From: Octopus vulgaris
Lineage: Eukaryota
Length of the DNA: 64,000 nucleotides
Reading direction: 5' to 3'
Assembly (NCBI GenBank): GCA_951406725.2
Contig: OX597814.1
Coordinates: forward strand, 49,662,001-49,726,000
Position 1 is the first letter of the stretch. Every line of letters starts with the position of its first letter. The translations under genes were made by a program, and so were the position numbers. Below, piece after piece: positions 44,432-58,347 of the stretch. The notes beneath the pieces are model-generated. The model saw only the letters and a program-made list of their open reading frames with translations, was not told the origin of the DNA and ran no database searches.

Positions 44432-44862
44432 GTATGTGTATACGCATGTTCGTGCGTTGGTAACATATATGTGGACATACAATATACACCTATAAACACA
44501 CATGCACGCGCGCACACATACATGCAGACAGCCATATTAAGAAATACGGCATTGCACGTAGTCGCGCACACTTTCCTCCTATCCCTGTCGCTCAGAAAAT
44601 GTTTAGGGTGTGTTGGAGACAAATGGCAATGTTCAATAGAACCGATAGAACTGTTTGTAAATTTGAAGTATCGAAGCTTAAAAAAAAAAAAGAAAAAGAT
44701 CGGAAAAAAAAACAACCAAAAAAAAAAAGGAAAATTCAGAGGCGGAGCAACGGACTCGATCTGCAATATGTCGATTGGGTTAACTTTTAACAAACAAGAC
44801 AGATCAGTGAAGGTTCACGTTATGCGACTCAGAAAAAAACTAAAAAAAACAAACAACAACAA

Positions 44863-45172
<310 letters not shown>

Positions 45173-45767
45173 AAAATCAATTTGTATTCAATGTGATAAA
45201 ATGCAAGTTTGCATACTGATGTGGAAAGCTGAACTTAATTAAGAGCCCTTGAGATTTGAACTTAACATAAAAATCTACTCTTCTTTCTCATTAAAAACAA
45301 CAATAATAGCAACGTAAACTTAAAATTAAAAAAAAACACAACAAAACACCTCGGAACACAAGGAAAACCAACTATAGAAACAACAGCCATCATAAGCAAC
45401 GCCAACCACCAAAACCTAAACAGAGCAGCCCCACCACGACCACCACCACCTCACTAAAAAACGGCTTCTTCACCCATCACCTTCTTCATAATAACTCTTG
45501 TATAAGTGATGAGTGTGACGGTGCATTAAAAGACAGTTGGATAGCTATGGAGAGATAGGTAGATAGATAGATATAGGCTAGATATATGGGCATACATACA
45601 TATACGAACGCGCGTACATATATATATACGTAAGTACATACATATATACATTCATACATACATACATACGTATATAAATATATACATATATTTCTGTGTA
45701 GTGTATATAAATTTGTATGCGTATGCATATATCATATGTATTTATATACATATATATATGTGTGTGA

Positions 45768-45844
<77 letters not shown>

Positions 45845-45942
45845 CAAACATTACTACATGCATACATAGACGTATACATATATCTATCTATCTGTGTGTG
45901 TGTATATATATGTGTGTGTGTGTATAAATATATATATGTATA

Positions 45943-46008
<66 letters not shown>

Positions 46009-46334
46009 TATATATATGCAGAGAGAGAGAGAGGGAAAGAGCGAGAGAAGGAGAGGGAGAGGGAGAGGGAGAGAGAGAATGAAAGTATGTGCGCGCAAGT
46101 ACGTGTGTGCGCGCGCGTGTGTGTGTGTGTGTGTGTGTCTGACACACGGAGAATACTTTATAAAGAGACTGGTCGAATTTTTAATTTCATCTAAACAAAT
46201 CCCAACAGTTATTTTTTTCTGGTGTTATTTGGTTTTCTCTCGGGGGAACTGCTTCGAGGTTATATCATGGAAAGGCTATAGGCGATAGCAAAATAGAATA
46301 TTCTTTAGAAAAAAAAAACGAAGGGTGTGGAGGA

Positions 46335-46503
46335 ATAGTAGTAGTAGCAGCAGCAGCAGTAGTAGTGGTAGTAGTGGTAGTAGTAGGATAATAATAATAG
46401 TGACAATAATGATAATGATAACAATAATGATGTTGATAGCGACAACGAAAATAACAGAAATAACAATAATACCGATGACAATAATGATACTAGTAATAAC
46501 GAC

Positions 46504-46549
<46 letters not shown>

Positions 46550-47450
46550 GTAATAATAGTAATAATAATGATAATGGTAATAATAACAGTAATGATAATG
46601 ATATGGAAAGGATAGAGTAATAAACATAAAAGAATTATAAAAGAAGAACAACAAAATGGGGAAAATAAGCATCAGAAACACTGACAGAGACACTAATAGA
46701 AGAAGAAGAAGAAAAAGAAGAAGAAGAAGAAGAAGAAGAAGAAGAAGAAGAAGAAGAAGAAGAAGAAGAAGAAGAAGAATATCAACAACCAAATAAGAGT
46801 TGAAATGTGAACAGCAGCAACGGTTGAAGCAGCAGCAGCAGCAACAACAGCAGCAGTGTAATGTCTGCAATGGTATGGTAACTGCTGTTAACTTTACAAC
46901 AGCAGCATCAACAGAAGCTGCAACAGCAGCTAAGAACAACATCAGCAATATCTGTAGGCATAATATCAAGATAAGCTACAACAAGTAAAGATATACATAT
47001 ACAAACATACACATATATACATACATTAACACATAGACATGTATGCATGTTTGTGTAGTTGCAGTAGTAGCTGCATTAACAGAAACAGTAAACACATATA
47101 ATAAATGAAACAACGCCCTCACCCCCCCCCAACAAAAACACGGACAGTACTATGAACACCATTACTCCCACCATCACCATCACCATCACTGTCACTTTTC
47201 ATCCTTGTTGTCGTTGTCGTTTCCTCACCATCGTCGTGGTCGCCCGTTATCACTGTCGTCATCGTCGTCGTCGTCATCGTTGTCGATGTCGTCGTTGTCG
47301 TCCGTCATCCCCGTCGACATCGTCATCGTCATAGTCGTCATCCCCCTTCTCCACCACCTCCTCCTCCTATTCTTCCTCTTCCTCCTCTTCCTCCTCCGCT
47401 TCCTCCTCTTCCTTCACCTATCATCATCATCATCAGCAGCAGCAGCAATA
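46335..47450. repeat. Cryptic trinucleotide low-complexity region (AGT/AAT/AAG/CAG/TCG/TCC)
   Basis: Interleaved triplet tracts; similar block at 51400-52990. Confidence 0.85.
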
Positions 47451-47872
47451 TTGGACAACCCCAATAACTCTGGCAACTCCATCTCGGTTCTATTTGAAAT
47501 AACAACCAAATTCCAACAAACAACACCTTATTTTTGTTGGAATTTTGTTTGTTTTTAAAGGAAAGGATTGTTGCATATTGTAGTCCTAGACATAAAATTG
47601 CCAAAGAAAAGTCATGATCAGAGCTGACCTCAGATTAAACATAATCATCATCATCATCGTCAGTAATAATAGCTACATCAACATGAATAACTCTAAGACA
47701 ACTAATTCTAGCATGTTGTATATTGTTAGCCCAACAGTATATATACTTTCTTTGTAATTTTCATTCCTCCTCTTTTCCTTTCTTCAATTTTGACAAAGAA
47801 TAGCTGTTCCAAATGCCATTTCTTTTTCCTTTTCTTTCTTTTTCTTCTACTGAACAATTTATATAACTTTGT

Positions 47873-48189
47873 GTGGAGGCGCAATGGCCCAGTGGTTAAG
47901 GCAGCGGACTCGCGGTCATAGGATCGCGGTTTCGATAGTGGTGATCCCTGCTGTACTCTTTCACCACAACTTTCTCTCACTCTTACTTCCTGTTTCTGTT
48001 GTACCTGTATTTCAAAGGGCCGGCCTTGTCACTCTCTGTGTCACGCTGAATATCCCCGAGAACTACGTTAAGGGTACACGTGTCTGTGGAGTGCTCAGCC
48101 ACTTACACGTTAATTTCACGAGCAGGCTGTTCCGTTGATTCGGATCAACCGGAACCCTCGTCGTCGTAACCGACGGAGTGCTTCCATCC
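47873..48189 (+). mobile_element. tRNA-derived SINE with 10-bp TSD
   Basis: A box TGGCCCAGTGG, truncated B box GTTTCGA; TSD ATAACTTTGT at 47863-47872 and 48190-48199. Confidence 0.85.
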
Positions 48190-48944
48190 ATAACTTTGTA
48201 TTCTCGTTCGTTATGTTTAGCTTTGTTTGTTTTTGCTCGTATTTTTACCGGATATTAATTATCGCGTTCGCACAGACTAAAATTGGATTATAGCCGAGTT
48301 TATTGGCTAGCTGGCAGAATCGTTAGAGCATCGGAAAAATGCTTTCCTGTATTTCTACCGGCTCTTTAAGTCCTGAGTTCAAATCACACCGAGGTCAACT
48401 TTGTTTTTTATCCTTTTGGGATCACTAAAATAAAATACTAGTCAAGTACGGATGGGTTGGATGGCATCGGCTATCTCCATCTCCTCAAACCTGCTGGCAT
48501 TGTGCAATAATCTGAAAACCATTATTTTATAGTATTTTCAACAATATGAAGCTATACTGTGCTATAAATTATACCTTAACATTTACTGTGTGTATAGACA
48601 AATGTAAGTACCATGTTTTTATATACAATATCTTAGTGGACAAAAAAAAAAAAGGAGTAAAGAGGGTTATTGGATTAGTTTCAAGCCTGTGTTGAGATTT
48701 CATTGGCAATTGAGTACAATATGTTTTACTATTGCTATATACCTAAGGCAGCAGCAAGGTAGAATCGTTAGCACGTCGAACAAAATACTTAGCGATATTT
48801 CGCCCGTCTTTACGTTATGAAATCAAATTCCGCCGAGGTTGACTTTGTCTTCGGGGTCAATAAAGTAAAGTAACAGTCAAGTAATGGACTTCCCCCTCCC
48901 CTAAAAAACGTTTCCACCCGTGCAAAAATTTGAAACCATTATTG

Positions 48945-49283
48945 CAGTGGTGCTTATCCGGGGTCTATATGGTCCTTGGAGGTTCATATAGGATTTTGTG
49001 GGGATTCACGCTAGCAAAATAGCAAATTGGAAATCCACAGGATTATTTTAAGTATCCATGTAAAGTTTTGATTTAGATGTTTTTATTGCAAGAAACAGCC
49101 AGGTTTCTTTCTGTAATGTTTTACATAGTTCAACCTACACAAGTAAATACGTGAATAAGAAAATAGGAATTTTGGAAGAAGTATTTATAAAGCTAGTTTT
49201 TAAACATCGAATGGCTGTGGGGTTCACCAGAATAAAATAGTAATCAAAGGAATCCATAGATATAAAATGGTCGAAAACCACTG
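48945..49283. mobile_element. hAT (Charlie-like) MITE
   Basis: CAGTGGT...ACCACTG termini with 8-bp TSD CATTATTG at 48937-48944 and 49284-49291; related fragment at about 50645-50850. Confidence 0.85.
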
Positions 49284-49434
49284 CATTATTGCTATATTGC
49301 CTTTCTCCATAGCAACTGATGAAATTCCAAGATAGGATTGGAACAAATACGGCTGACTGTTCTTTTACTGTCCATTAACACACCGTATCTAAAGACACGG
49401 TGTTTTTCGTCTGTCTATACACAGAATGTGGTAA

Positions 49435-49665
49435 GGCGGTGAGCTGGCAGAATCGTTAGCACGCCGGGCGAAATGCGTAGCCGTATTTCGTCTGCCGTTA
49501 CGATCTGGGTTCAAATTCCGCCGAGGTCGACTTTGCCTTTCATCCTTTCGGGGTCGATGAATTAAGTACCAGTTACGCACTAGGGTCGATGTAATCGACT
49601 TAATCCGTTTGTCTGTCCGTATTTGTCCTCTCTATGTTTAGCCCCTTGTGGGTAGTAAAGAAATA
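49435..49665 (+). mobile_element. SINE family A, young copy among older copies (48300-48940, 49670-50640)
   Basis: Near-identical to 27776-28007. Confidence 0.9.
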
Positions 49666-50859
49666 TACTGCTCCGGTAAAAACTGCTTTGCGGTATTTCT
49701 TCTGACATTACGTTCAAATACCACTGGGGTCAACTCTGCCTTTTGGGTTCGCTAAAATAAGTATCAGTTGAATATTGGGGTCGATTTACCCCCTTGCCCG
49801 AACTTGCTGGCCTTGTGCCAAAATTCGAAACCTATCTATAGAGTGTTGGCTAACCACTTCACAAAACTGTGGGTAAATTCTCATTGAAGCAAAAGACTGT
49901 TAACATATCAGCAACGATAACAAAAGTTAAAAAGCAATGGCACAACAACAATAATGGTCAAATATTTTGGTACAAGGCCTGCGATTTTAGGGGATGGGTT
50001 AAGTCGATTACATCAACCCCAGTGCTCAATTGGTACTTATTTTAACGACCCCAGAACGATGAAAGGTACATAAAGAACTAGAAGAAATAATGATCATAGT
50101 AGTCTCAAACTTTAACACAAGGTTAGCAATTTTAGTGGGAGGGTGTAGTCGATTATACCGACCCAGTACTTTATTTTATCGACCTCGAAAGGATGAAAAG
50201 CAAAGTTGATCGCAGTGGGATTTGAACTCAGAAAGTGATGAGTCGGAAGCACGTCGCTAACCATTTTGTCCGACACACTAACGATTCTGCTAACTCTCGC
50301 TTTGATAATTATAATAATTCAGAAATGAAAATAAAATTCTTTTATTTGCAACTGGGGTATTTCGTAAGGGGTACATAACAACAATAACATGCAATATTAT
50401 TTTCCGACAAAATTGTTTGACAAGATGCTTAGCAGTATTTCTCTTGACTCATTAAGTTCTGAGTTCAAATACCGCAGAGGTTGACTTCGACTTTCATCCT
50501 TCGAGGTTGATAAAATAACTACCAGTTAAGTTGAAGTAATCTACTAGCCCCCGTCCCTTAAAATTTCAGGCTTTGTGCCTATTGTAGAAAGGACTGTTAT
50601 TATAATTATTAAGGCGGCGAGCTCTTCAGAATCATTAGAATTAACTAATGGTTCTCAACCGGGGTCCATGTAAGATTTTGTTGTAAAATTTCTGCGCAAT
50701 AAATTTCTGCGTTATAATTCTAGAATATGCAAAATATTCTAACAATTTTTTTAAATACAATTCCTAGTAATATTTAATTATAAAAGTATAAGATTTTTTA
50801 AATGTTGAATGGCTACCAGTGATTACCCGAGTAAAATAGGAATCAAAGTAATTCATTTT

Positions 50860-51067
50860 CTTTTATTCTTTTTCTTGTTTCAGCGGCCATGCTGGAGCAC
50901 CACATTTAGTCGAACAAATCGTCTCCAGGACTTTTTCTTTGTAAGCCTAATATTTCTATCGTTCTCATTTTGCCGAACCGCTAAATGACGAAGACGTAAA
51001 CACACCAACATCAGTTGTCAAGTGATGGTGGAGGGACAAACACAGACACAAATAACAAACACATACA

Positions 51068-51162
<95 letters not shown>

Positions 51163-51318
51163 GACGGGCTTCTTTCAGTTTCCGTCTATCAAATCCACTC
51201 ACAAGACTTTGGTCGGCCCGAGGCTATAGTAGAAGACACCTTCCCAAGGTGCCTTGCAGTGGGACTGAACCCGGAACCATGTGGTTGGGAAGCAAGTTTC
51301 TTACCACAGAGCCACTTC
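50860..51318 (-). mobile_element. SINE family B
   Basis: Near full-length reverse copy with internal (CATA)n(TA)n. Confidence 0.85.
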
Positions 51319-51726
51319 TGTGAAAAACGGTTGTGAATCATTGGCATAAACAACTAGTACCAGTACAGTATTATATATACACATTAGCAAACAGCAACAA
51401 CTTCAGTAAGAAGAACAATAGCCATAGCAGCAGCAACAACAACAACAATAACAATAATAAAGCCATAAGAAAACAGTTGAAACCAGAACTTTATGTAACC
51501 AACAACGTCAACTCTATCTGAACATCCTCTGCTGTCTCCTCTCATTGTCCACAACACCAGCAACAACAATGATAACCCGCATCCTCCGCTTTCTCTTCTT
51601 CTTTTTCCTTATTCTTCTCTTCCTCATTATCTTATCACAAAGAACAACAATAACAACATCGATGACGACACACGCGCATAAAAAGGTATGATAAGAAACA
51701 AGATATTTTTCCATTTTTTTTGTCAC

Positions 51727-51883
<157 letters not shown>

Positions 51884-51939
51884 TTCCATTTTTTCCTGCT
51901 ACTATTATTTTTCCATTTTTTCCTGTTACTATAATAATG

Positions 51940-52014
<75 letters not shown>

Positions 52015-52223
52015 TTCAGACAAATACATAACAAAAACACCAGGACTTACAAACACATATAACATACAGAAAATTGCACTACTAGGCACTGCACACATCC
52101 TACGCAGAACACTTTCCATACAATAACCATCAGAGCATCACAACAAATCACAGCACATACCCAAGGCACACAGAGCTGCGCTCGGTAGTGAAGTGAAAGC
52201 ACGCTATAAAAATAAAACTACTG
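52015..52223 (+). mobile_element. R4/Dong-like LINE 3' end in (AAT)n
   Basis: SDKYITKTPGLTNTYNIQKIALLGTAHILRRTLSIQ-stop, short 3'UTR, (AAT)n on both sides. Confidence 0.8.
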
Positions 52224-52256
<33 letters not shown>

Positions 52257-53141
52257 AATAATAATTATTATTATTATCATCTTTATTATTATTATCATCA
52301 TCATCATAATTTCATTAGCCTCAAGCATTGTCGTAGAAGTATCCGTTGTGATGACGACGATAATGAAGATGATGATGATAATGAAGACGATGGTGATGGT
52401 GATGACAACTCGACGACGACGATGACGACTATGATGATGACGGTGATGACTATGGTGACAGTGATACTGCTGATGCTGTTGATAATGATTGTGATACCGA
52501 TGCTGTATTTATTGTGATGTCGATGATGATGGTAACTGCTGCTGCTGATAGTGATGAAGACGACGACGACGACGATGATGATGATGGTGCGGTGGTGGTA
52601 ATTCGACTTGACAATGTTGAAGAAAAAGAGAGAAAATAGTTCAGTTGATGGGGAAACATAGATAAAGGAAGGAGAAAGGGGGAGAGATATAAAGAAGGAC
52701 ATGTAAAGTGATGATGATGGCAATGATGACGATGTGGTGGCGGTGTTAGTAGGGATGTTTGTGGTGGTGGTTGTGGTAATGATGATGATGATGATGATGA
52801 CGGTGATGTGGGTGACGATGACAAGAGAACGGAAAGAGAGAGAAGGAGAGAGGAGGAAAAGAGAAGGGTGGCGGGAGGAGAAAAAAGTAAACTATAAATG
52901 AAATAAGGTAAAAGTGGCGAGAGAGAGAGACAGAGAGAGGGAGAGAGAGAAAGATAGTCAGTTAGATTGATAGATAGCGAGATAGAAAGAGAAAGAGAGA
53001 GATGGACAACAACAACGGAAAAACAAATATGGCCCCCTCCTTCCAGTAACATCTCCCACAAAATTTTTTAAAATTCATCTTCCACACACTCTCATATATA
53101 GCCTGCACCCCCACATACTTCATTCATACATACTGTACATT

Positions 53142-53226
<85 letters not shown>

Positions 53227-53291
53227 TTCACTATATATATACTTTTATTCTTTTACTTGTTTCAGTCTTCAGTCATTTGACTGCGGCCATG

Positions 53292-53946
53292 TAAACAGCA
53301 AAGTTGACTTGGCCTTCAAGATGTGCTCTTGCATTCTGAGAACTTTCCGGTCTAAGGATGCCTGCACCATCATCGTTCTCTACTCTACTTTTGCCTGACC
53401 CCCAATACGAAGTAACTCATTAGCACTCCAGAGGTCAATGACAAGAAAGATAGACGGCATGAGAGGCATTGATTATTGGGGTCGACTAAAAAACTCAATC
53501 ACTACTCTCTCCAACGCCGCCGGGAGCGCTACATCATTTGTGTTATGTGGAAAATATTCCATCAATATTGCACAAATGATGTTCGCATCAATTTTAAAAT
53601 CCATCCAAGACTTGGCTCCCGTGCTGTCCGCCCACTACAAAAATCGAACTCGGTACACATAACAACATTATGTCACAATTACTTTAACTCAACCGGTCCA
53701 GCTCTCTTTAATACCATACCAAAATACGTCAAAACGGAAACGGATCCCATAAAATTCAAATGTTCACTGGACAAATTTCTTCAAAAAATCCCGGACCTAC
53801 TATTTACACCCGGATATGTCTCCAACAATAATAACTCTTTACTAGAGTGGGCTATGGTACCCCATATATGACTAAAAGACTTCACCAGGTGGTGCTATTG
53901 AGTTAGACATGACCTGGGCCTATACTGACCGAAACTTATCAAAGTT
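53292..53946 (+). mobile_element. CR1/L2-type LINE 3' fragment (decayed)
   Basis: YSLQRRRERYIIC..WKI...FN.IP...FK..LDKFL..IPD and a conserved 3' tail; paralogous to 54440-55480. Confidence 0.85.
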
Positions 53947-54199
53947 TTACATATATATATATATATATATATATATAGGTTGAAGACGGGAAGGATGGTT
54001 TCCCTTTGCAAATACTGATTGCGCACAGAAAGTGTGTCAATAGCCAGCTGGAGGAGGTGTTCTCCTGGGGCTGCAAGCTACAGTAGCATCCACCCTTAGG
54101 GGTTAGCCACATTTACGTGGCAAATTTACTTTACGATTTGTTGCAGCTACTGTTGATATTTCGCTCAAAGATTTATTATTGCTTATATATATATATAAA

Positions 54200-54380
54200 A
54201 GGAAAGTTTACGAAAATAAACAAGACGAAGGCAGGTGGTGTACAAACAAAGAGATGTATTAGTATAGCGCTCAGGAATAGAAAAAGTCTTTTACGTTTCG
54301 AGCCTACACTCTTCTACAGAAAGGTACACAGAAAAAGCAAGGAGAGAAAAAAATGTGTGTAGTAGCTAACGATCTATCAT
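54200..54380 (-). mobile_element. Short Penelope-type repeat with variant hammerhead core (54288-54323)
   Basis: Reverse complement CUUU-CUGUAGA-A-GAGU-GUAG-GCUC-GAAAC-GUA-AAAG; decayed homolog at about 10130-10320 (+). Confidence 0.55.
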
Positions 54381-54439
54381 GATATATATATCATAATTTA
54401 TGATATATATATATCATAATCTATCATGATATATATATC

Positions 54440-55480
54440 ATAATTTACGTAAACGACCTTTCCAGTGTCGTACATTACTGCAAAGTGAGAATATTCGCTG
54501 ATGACACTAAGCTCCAGCAAATCGTCAACGAAGAAGCAGACCGAACTCAACTCCAGTCTGATCTATATGCTGTGAGTCAATGGGCAGACAGAAACAAAAT
54601 GCAACTGAATGAGGGAAAATTTGAGCTGATGCATTTTGGAAGAAATTCCTCACTAAAACAACCATACTCTCTTCCTTCAGGGAAACCGCTCACAGCCTCT
54701 AACAATATCAGAGACCTGGGTGTAATTGTTGATGACGATCTCAGTTGGAGTGCACACATCAACAAGAAGGTAGATATAGCTCGTAGGATGAGTTCCTGGA
54801 TCTTAAGAACTTTCCGGTCCAGAGAACAAGGTGTCATCATACCACTTTTTTCCTCCTTTGTACGGCCACACCTTGAATACTGCTGCCCACTGTGGTCTCC
54901 TCACACAAAACAAAACATCTCCAGAATTGAGTCACCCCAGAGGGCTCTCACTAAACAAATTGAAGGCATGACTGCTCTCGATTATTGGGATCGCCTTAAA
55001 GCCTTGAAACTTTACTCCCTCCAGCGTCGCCGTGAGCGGTACATCATTTGTACGATGTGGAAAATATACCGCCAACTTTGCCCAAACGACCTAAACATTA
55101 GCTTCAAGGTTCATCCAAGACTTGGACCACGGGCTATACGTCCCCTGCCCAATTCAAGATCACAACATACATGTACACTGCAACATAATTTATTTTCCTC
55201 AACAGGCCCTGCTCTATTTAACATTGTCCCGAGGGAGATCAAAGAGGAAAAGGATCCCATCAACTTTAAACAGAGTCTGGATAGATTCCTTCAAAGAATA
55301 CCAGATAAGCCACCCATAATTGGATACAACTCACCCAACAAGAACTCACTACTTGAATGGACCATAAACAAAACTTGACTTAAACAGGATTCGAATAATC
55401 CTATCAGGTGGTGCTATTAAGTTAGACATGGCCTGGACCAATCTTTGGTCGAAACATATCTAAGTTTATCTAAGTTTATA
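54440..55480 (+). mobile_element. 5'-truncated young CR1/L2-type LINE with open RT C-terminal frame (to 55378)
   Basis: YVNDL...IFADDTKL...LQSDL..VSQW...MQLNEGKF...RDLGV...VRPHLEYCCPLWSP; no stop over about 310 codons; tail TATCTAAGTT repeated. Confidence 0.92.
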
Positions 55481-55603
55481 CATATATATACATATATGCA
55501 TATACTTACACATATATTGATATAAAAGTACATATCTATGTTTACATATATACAAATATGCATATAAATATATATACAAATGTATATTTATGTATATATA
55601 TAC

Positions 55604-55712
<109 letters not shown>

Positions 55713-55782
55713 ACACATGTTGTACACATATTGTACACATTGATAGAAATGTCAAGACAGCAAGACACTACTTGAACAAAAC

Positions 55783-55947
55783 TGGATACAACTCACCCAA
55801 CAAGAACTCACTACTTGAACAAAACTTGACTTAAACAAAACTTGACTTAAACAGGATTCGAATAATCCTATCAGGTGGTGCTATTAAGTTAGACATGGCC
55901 TGGACCAATCTTTGGTCGAAACATATCTAAGTTTATCTAAGTTTATA
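55783..55947 (+). repeat. Local duplicate of the LINE 3' end (55321-55480)
   Basis: TGGATACAACTCACCCAACAAG...GAAACATATCTAAGTTTATCTAAGTTTATA; one short internal segment replaced by a duplication. Confidence 0.9.
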
Positions 55948-56172
55948 TATATATGCATGTATAAATACTCATCCTCGTACCTTTTCTTGCAGTTATTCAT
56001 GAAGTATCATGAAAGATGGGAATACCCGGCGTTTTTGACAGCATGCACATTTATCGAACCGAGTTCAGGAAACTTCAAAAGAATTCGTATCAAAACTTAA
56101 TTTTGTCACGTGATCCTGGAGAAAGAGTAGTTCAGGAGAAGATATGCAATATCAATAAATCATGGTTACATA

Positions 56173-56388
56173 CCAGGGGTGCTGAAAAGTTCCTGGCTTT
56201 GAGAGTATTCCGAAAGGCCTGGTTGGAAGCCCAACCTTCCGAGTTCTTTTGCAGGGCTTAGAAAAACTGAAGGACCGCCGCAATAAGTATGTGAATCTGA
56301 GAGGGGAATATTTTGAAGAAAATCATAGCTAACTGATCTTTCTGTATTTTCTTTTACTCAAAGCCAAGAATTTTTCAGCAGTCCCTCG
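56173..56388 (+). mobile_element. Mariner-derived MITE
   Basis: TA-flanked TIRs CCAGGGGTGCTGAAAAGTTCCTGGCTTTGAG and CTCAAAGCCAAGAATTTTTCAGCAGTCCCTCG; same family as 3158-3373. Confidence 0.85.
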
Positions 56389-56434
56389 TATAGCAGTAAT
56401 TACCCATATTTACAGTATTAGAAATCATTAAGAA

Positions 56435-56820
56435 GATGGTGAGCAGAAGAATCCTTAGTACATCAGGCAAAATGCTTCGCAATATTTCGTCCGTCTTCAC
56501 GTTCAGAGTTCAAATTCGGCCGAGGTCGACTTTGCCTTTCATCCTTTCGGGGTCAATTAAATAAGTACCAGTTACGCACTGGGGTCGATATAATCGACTT
56601 AATCTGTTTGTCTGTCCTTGTTTGTCCTCTCTGTGTTTAGCCCCTTGTGGGTAGTAAAGGTATTTCGTCCGCCTTCACGTTCTGAGTTCAAATTCAACCG
56701 AGCTTGACTTTGCTTTTTATCACTTCGAGGTCGATAGAGTAAGTGCAAGTTGGATACTGAGCTCGATGTAACCGACTTACCCCGCCCCTAAAACTGCCGG
56801 TTTGGAGCCAAACTTTGAAA
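56435..56820 (+). mobile_element. SINE family A dimer
   Basis: Long-tail monomer joined at GTAGTAAA|GGTATTTCGTC to a second monomer. Confidence 0.8.
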
Positions 56821-56859
56821 TTAATATCATAGATCATATATAGATATTAATTTCAAATG

Positions 56860-57170
56860 TTGGCACAAGGCCAACAATTTCGGAGGAGGGGATAAGCTAA
56901 TTACGTCAATCCCAGAGTCCTACTGATACTTATGTTATCAACCTCGAAAGGATGTAAGGTAAAGATAGATGCTCATACAATAATAACCAAAATATACCAA
57001 AATGATATGATATGATATAGATAGATGTATAACAATGTTATATTATAAAGACACTGCATTAATAAATCATAGGTAGATATTTACCAGTAATAAATTCGAA
57101 CTCAGAACGTGAAGACGGATGAAATGCCGCTAAGCTCGGCATGATAACGATTCTGCTCGCTCACCGCCTT
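56860..57170 (-). mobile_element. SINE family A interrupted by a 134-bp insert (56961-57094)
   Basis: SINE halves GAAAGGATGTAAGGTAAAG and AATTCGAACTCAGAACG flank a copy of 58348-58481. Confidence 0.85.
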
Positions 57171-57381
57171 CACACACACACACACACACACAAACACACA
57201 CACGCACAAACACACACACGCACAAACACACACACGCACAAACACGCACACACACACACACACAGACACACACACACACACGCACGCACGCTCGCACACA
57301 CACACGCACACATTCACACAAACATTAAAGTCATAAATAATTATAGTTAAATCGCAGCAATAATATTGAGGTAGAGGTACT

Positions 57382-57421
<40 letters not shown>

Positions 57422-57434
57422 TAATAATAGTAAT

Positions 57435-57590
57435 GGTTTCTTAAACATTCTCTAGAACAACACTATGTACAAAACCAAATATATGGCACCCTAGGCATGA
57501 CACCAACATGAACTTCGAACTTGTCTGTTGAGGTCTCTGGGTGAGACTTGGAGTCAACTTGTACGAATGTAAAGCAAAAGTCAAACATAA
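57435..57590 (+). mobile_element. Probable LINE 3' UTR in (AAT)n
   Basis: Complex 155-bp block with (AAT)n on both sides. Confidence 0.45.
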
Positions 57591-57652
<62 letters not shown>

Positions 57653-58019
57653 TAACATTTGGTAAATATACTGAAGTTTGAGGTAGATAACAAGAGTATT
57701 AGGCGTTAATAAACCTTCGGTAGGTGTATTGGAATAATGAATTTTAGATAGGCATATAACAATAATAAACTCTAGGTTGTTATAAAACAATAACTACCAT
57801 TATACAGAGATATCACGTCGGACAAAATGTTCAGATATTTCTTCCGGATTTTACATTCTGTGTTCAAATATCGCCAAGGTTGTCTTTTGCTTTTCATCCT
57901 TTTGGGGGTCGATAAAATAAATGCCAGCTGAGCAGTTGATCAATGTAACAGACTAACACCTTCCTCCAAATTTGTTGGCCTTGTGCAATAATTAGAAAAA
58001 GTTATACTGTAAAAATATT

Positions 58020-58347
58020 CCTGCACAGGCGTGAGTTCAAGTGCCATTGCGTGGCATCTCGGGCAAGTGTCTTCTGCTCCGGATCGACTAATGCCTTGTA
58101 AGTGAATTTGGTAGACGGTAACTGTTTGGAAGCCCATCATCATATATATATTTGCGTATGTCTTTATGTCTGTGTATACCCTGTTACAGCTTGACAACCG
58201 GTGTTGGAGTGTTTAAGTCCCAACAACTTAGCGGCCAAAGAGACTGATAGATTAAGTACTAGACTTAAAAATAAGCATAGGGGTGGATTTGTTCGACTGA
58301 AGCCCTTCAAGGTGCTGCCCCAGAATGGACACAATCCAATAACTGAA
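58020..58347 (+). mobile_element. SINE family B (diverged)
   Basis: GCACAGGCGTG..GTTCAAG..CCATTGCGTGGCATCTCGGGCAAGTGTCTTCTGC through GGTGCTGCCCCAGAATGG. Confidence 0.7.

Noticed and set aside
46800-46988. Poly-Q transcription factor exon
   Set aside because: Embedded in mixed triplet tracts; no domain or clear splice sites.
54485-55378. Host protein-coding gene
   Set aside because: C-terminal part of a LINE reverse transcriptase, 5'-truncated, with a paralog and LINE tail nearby.
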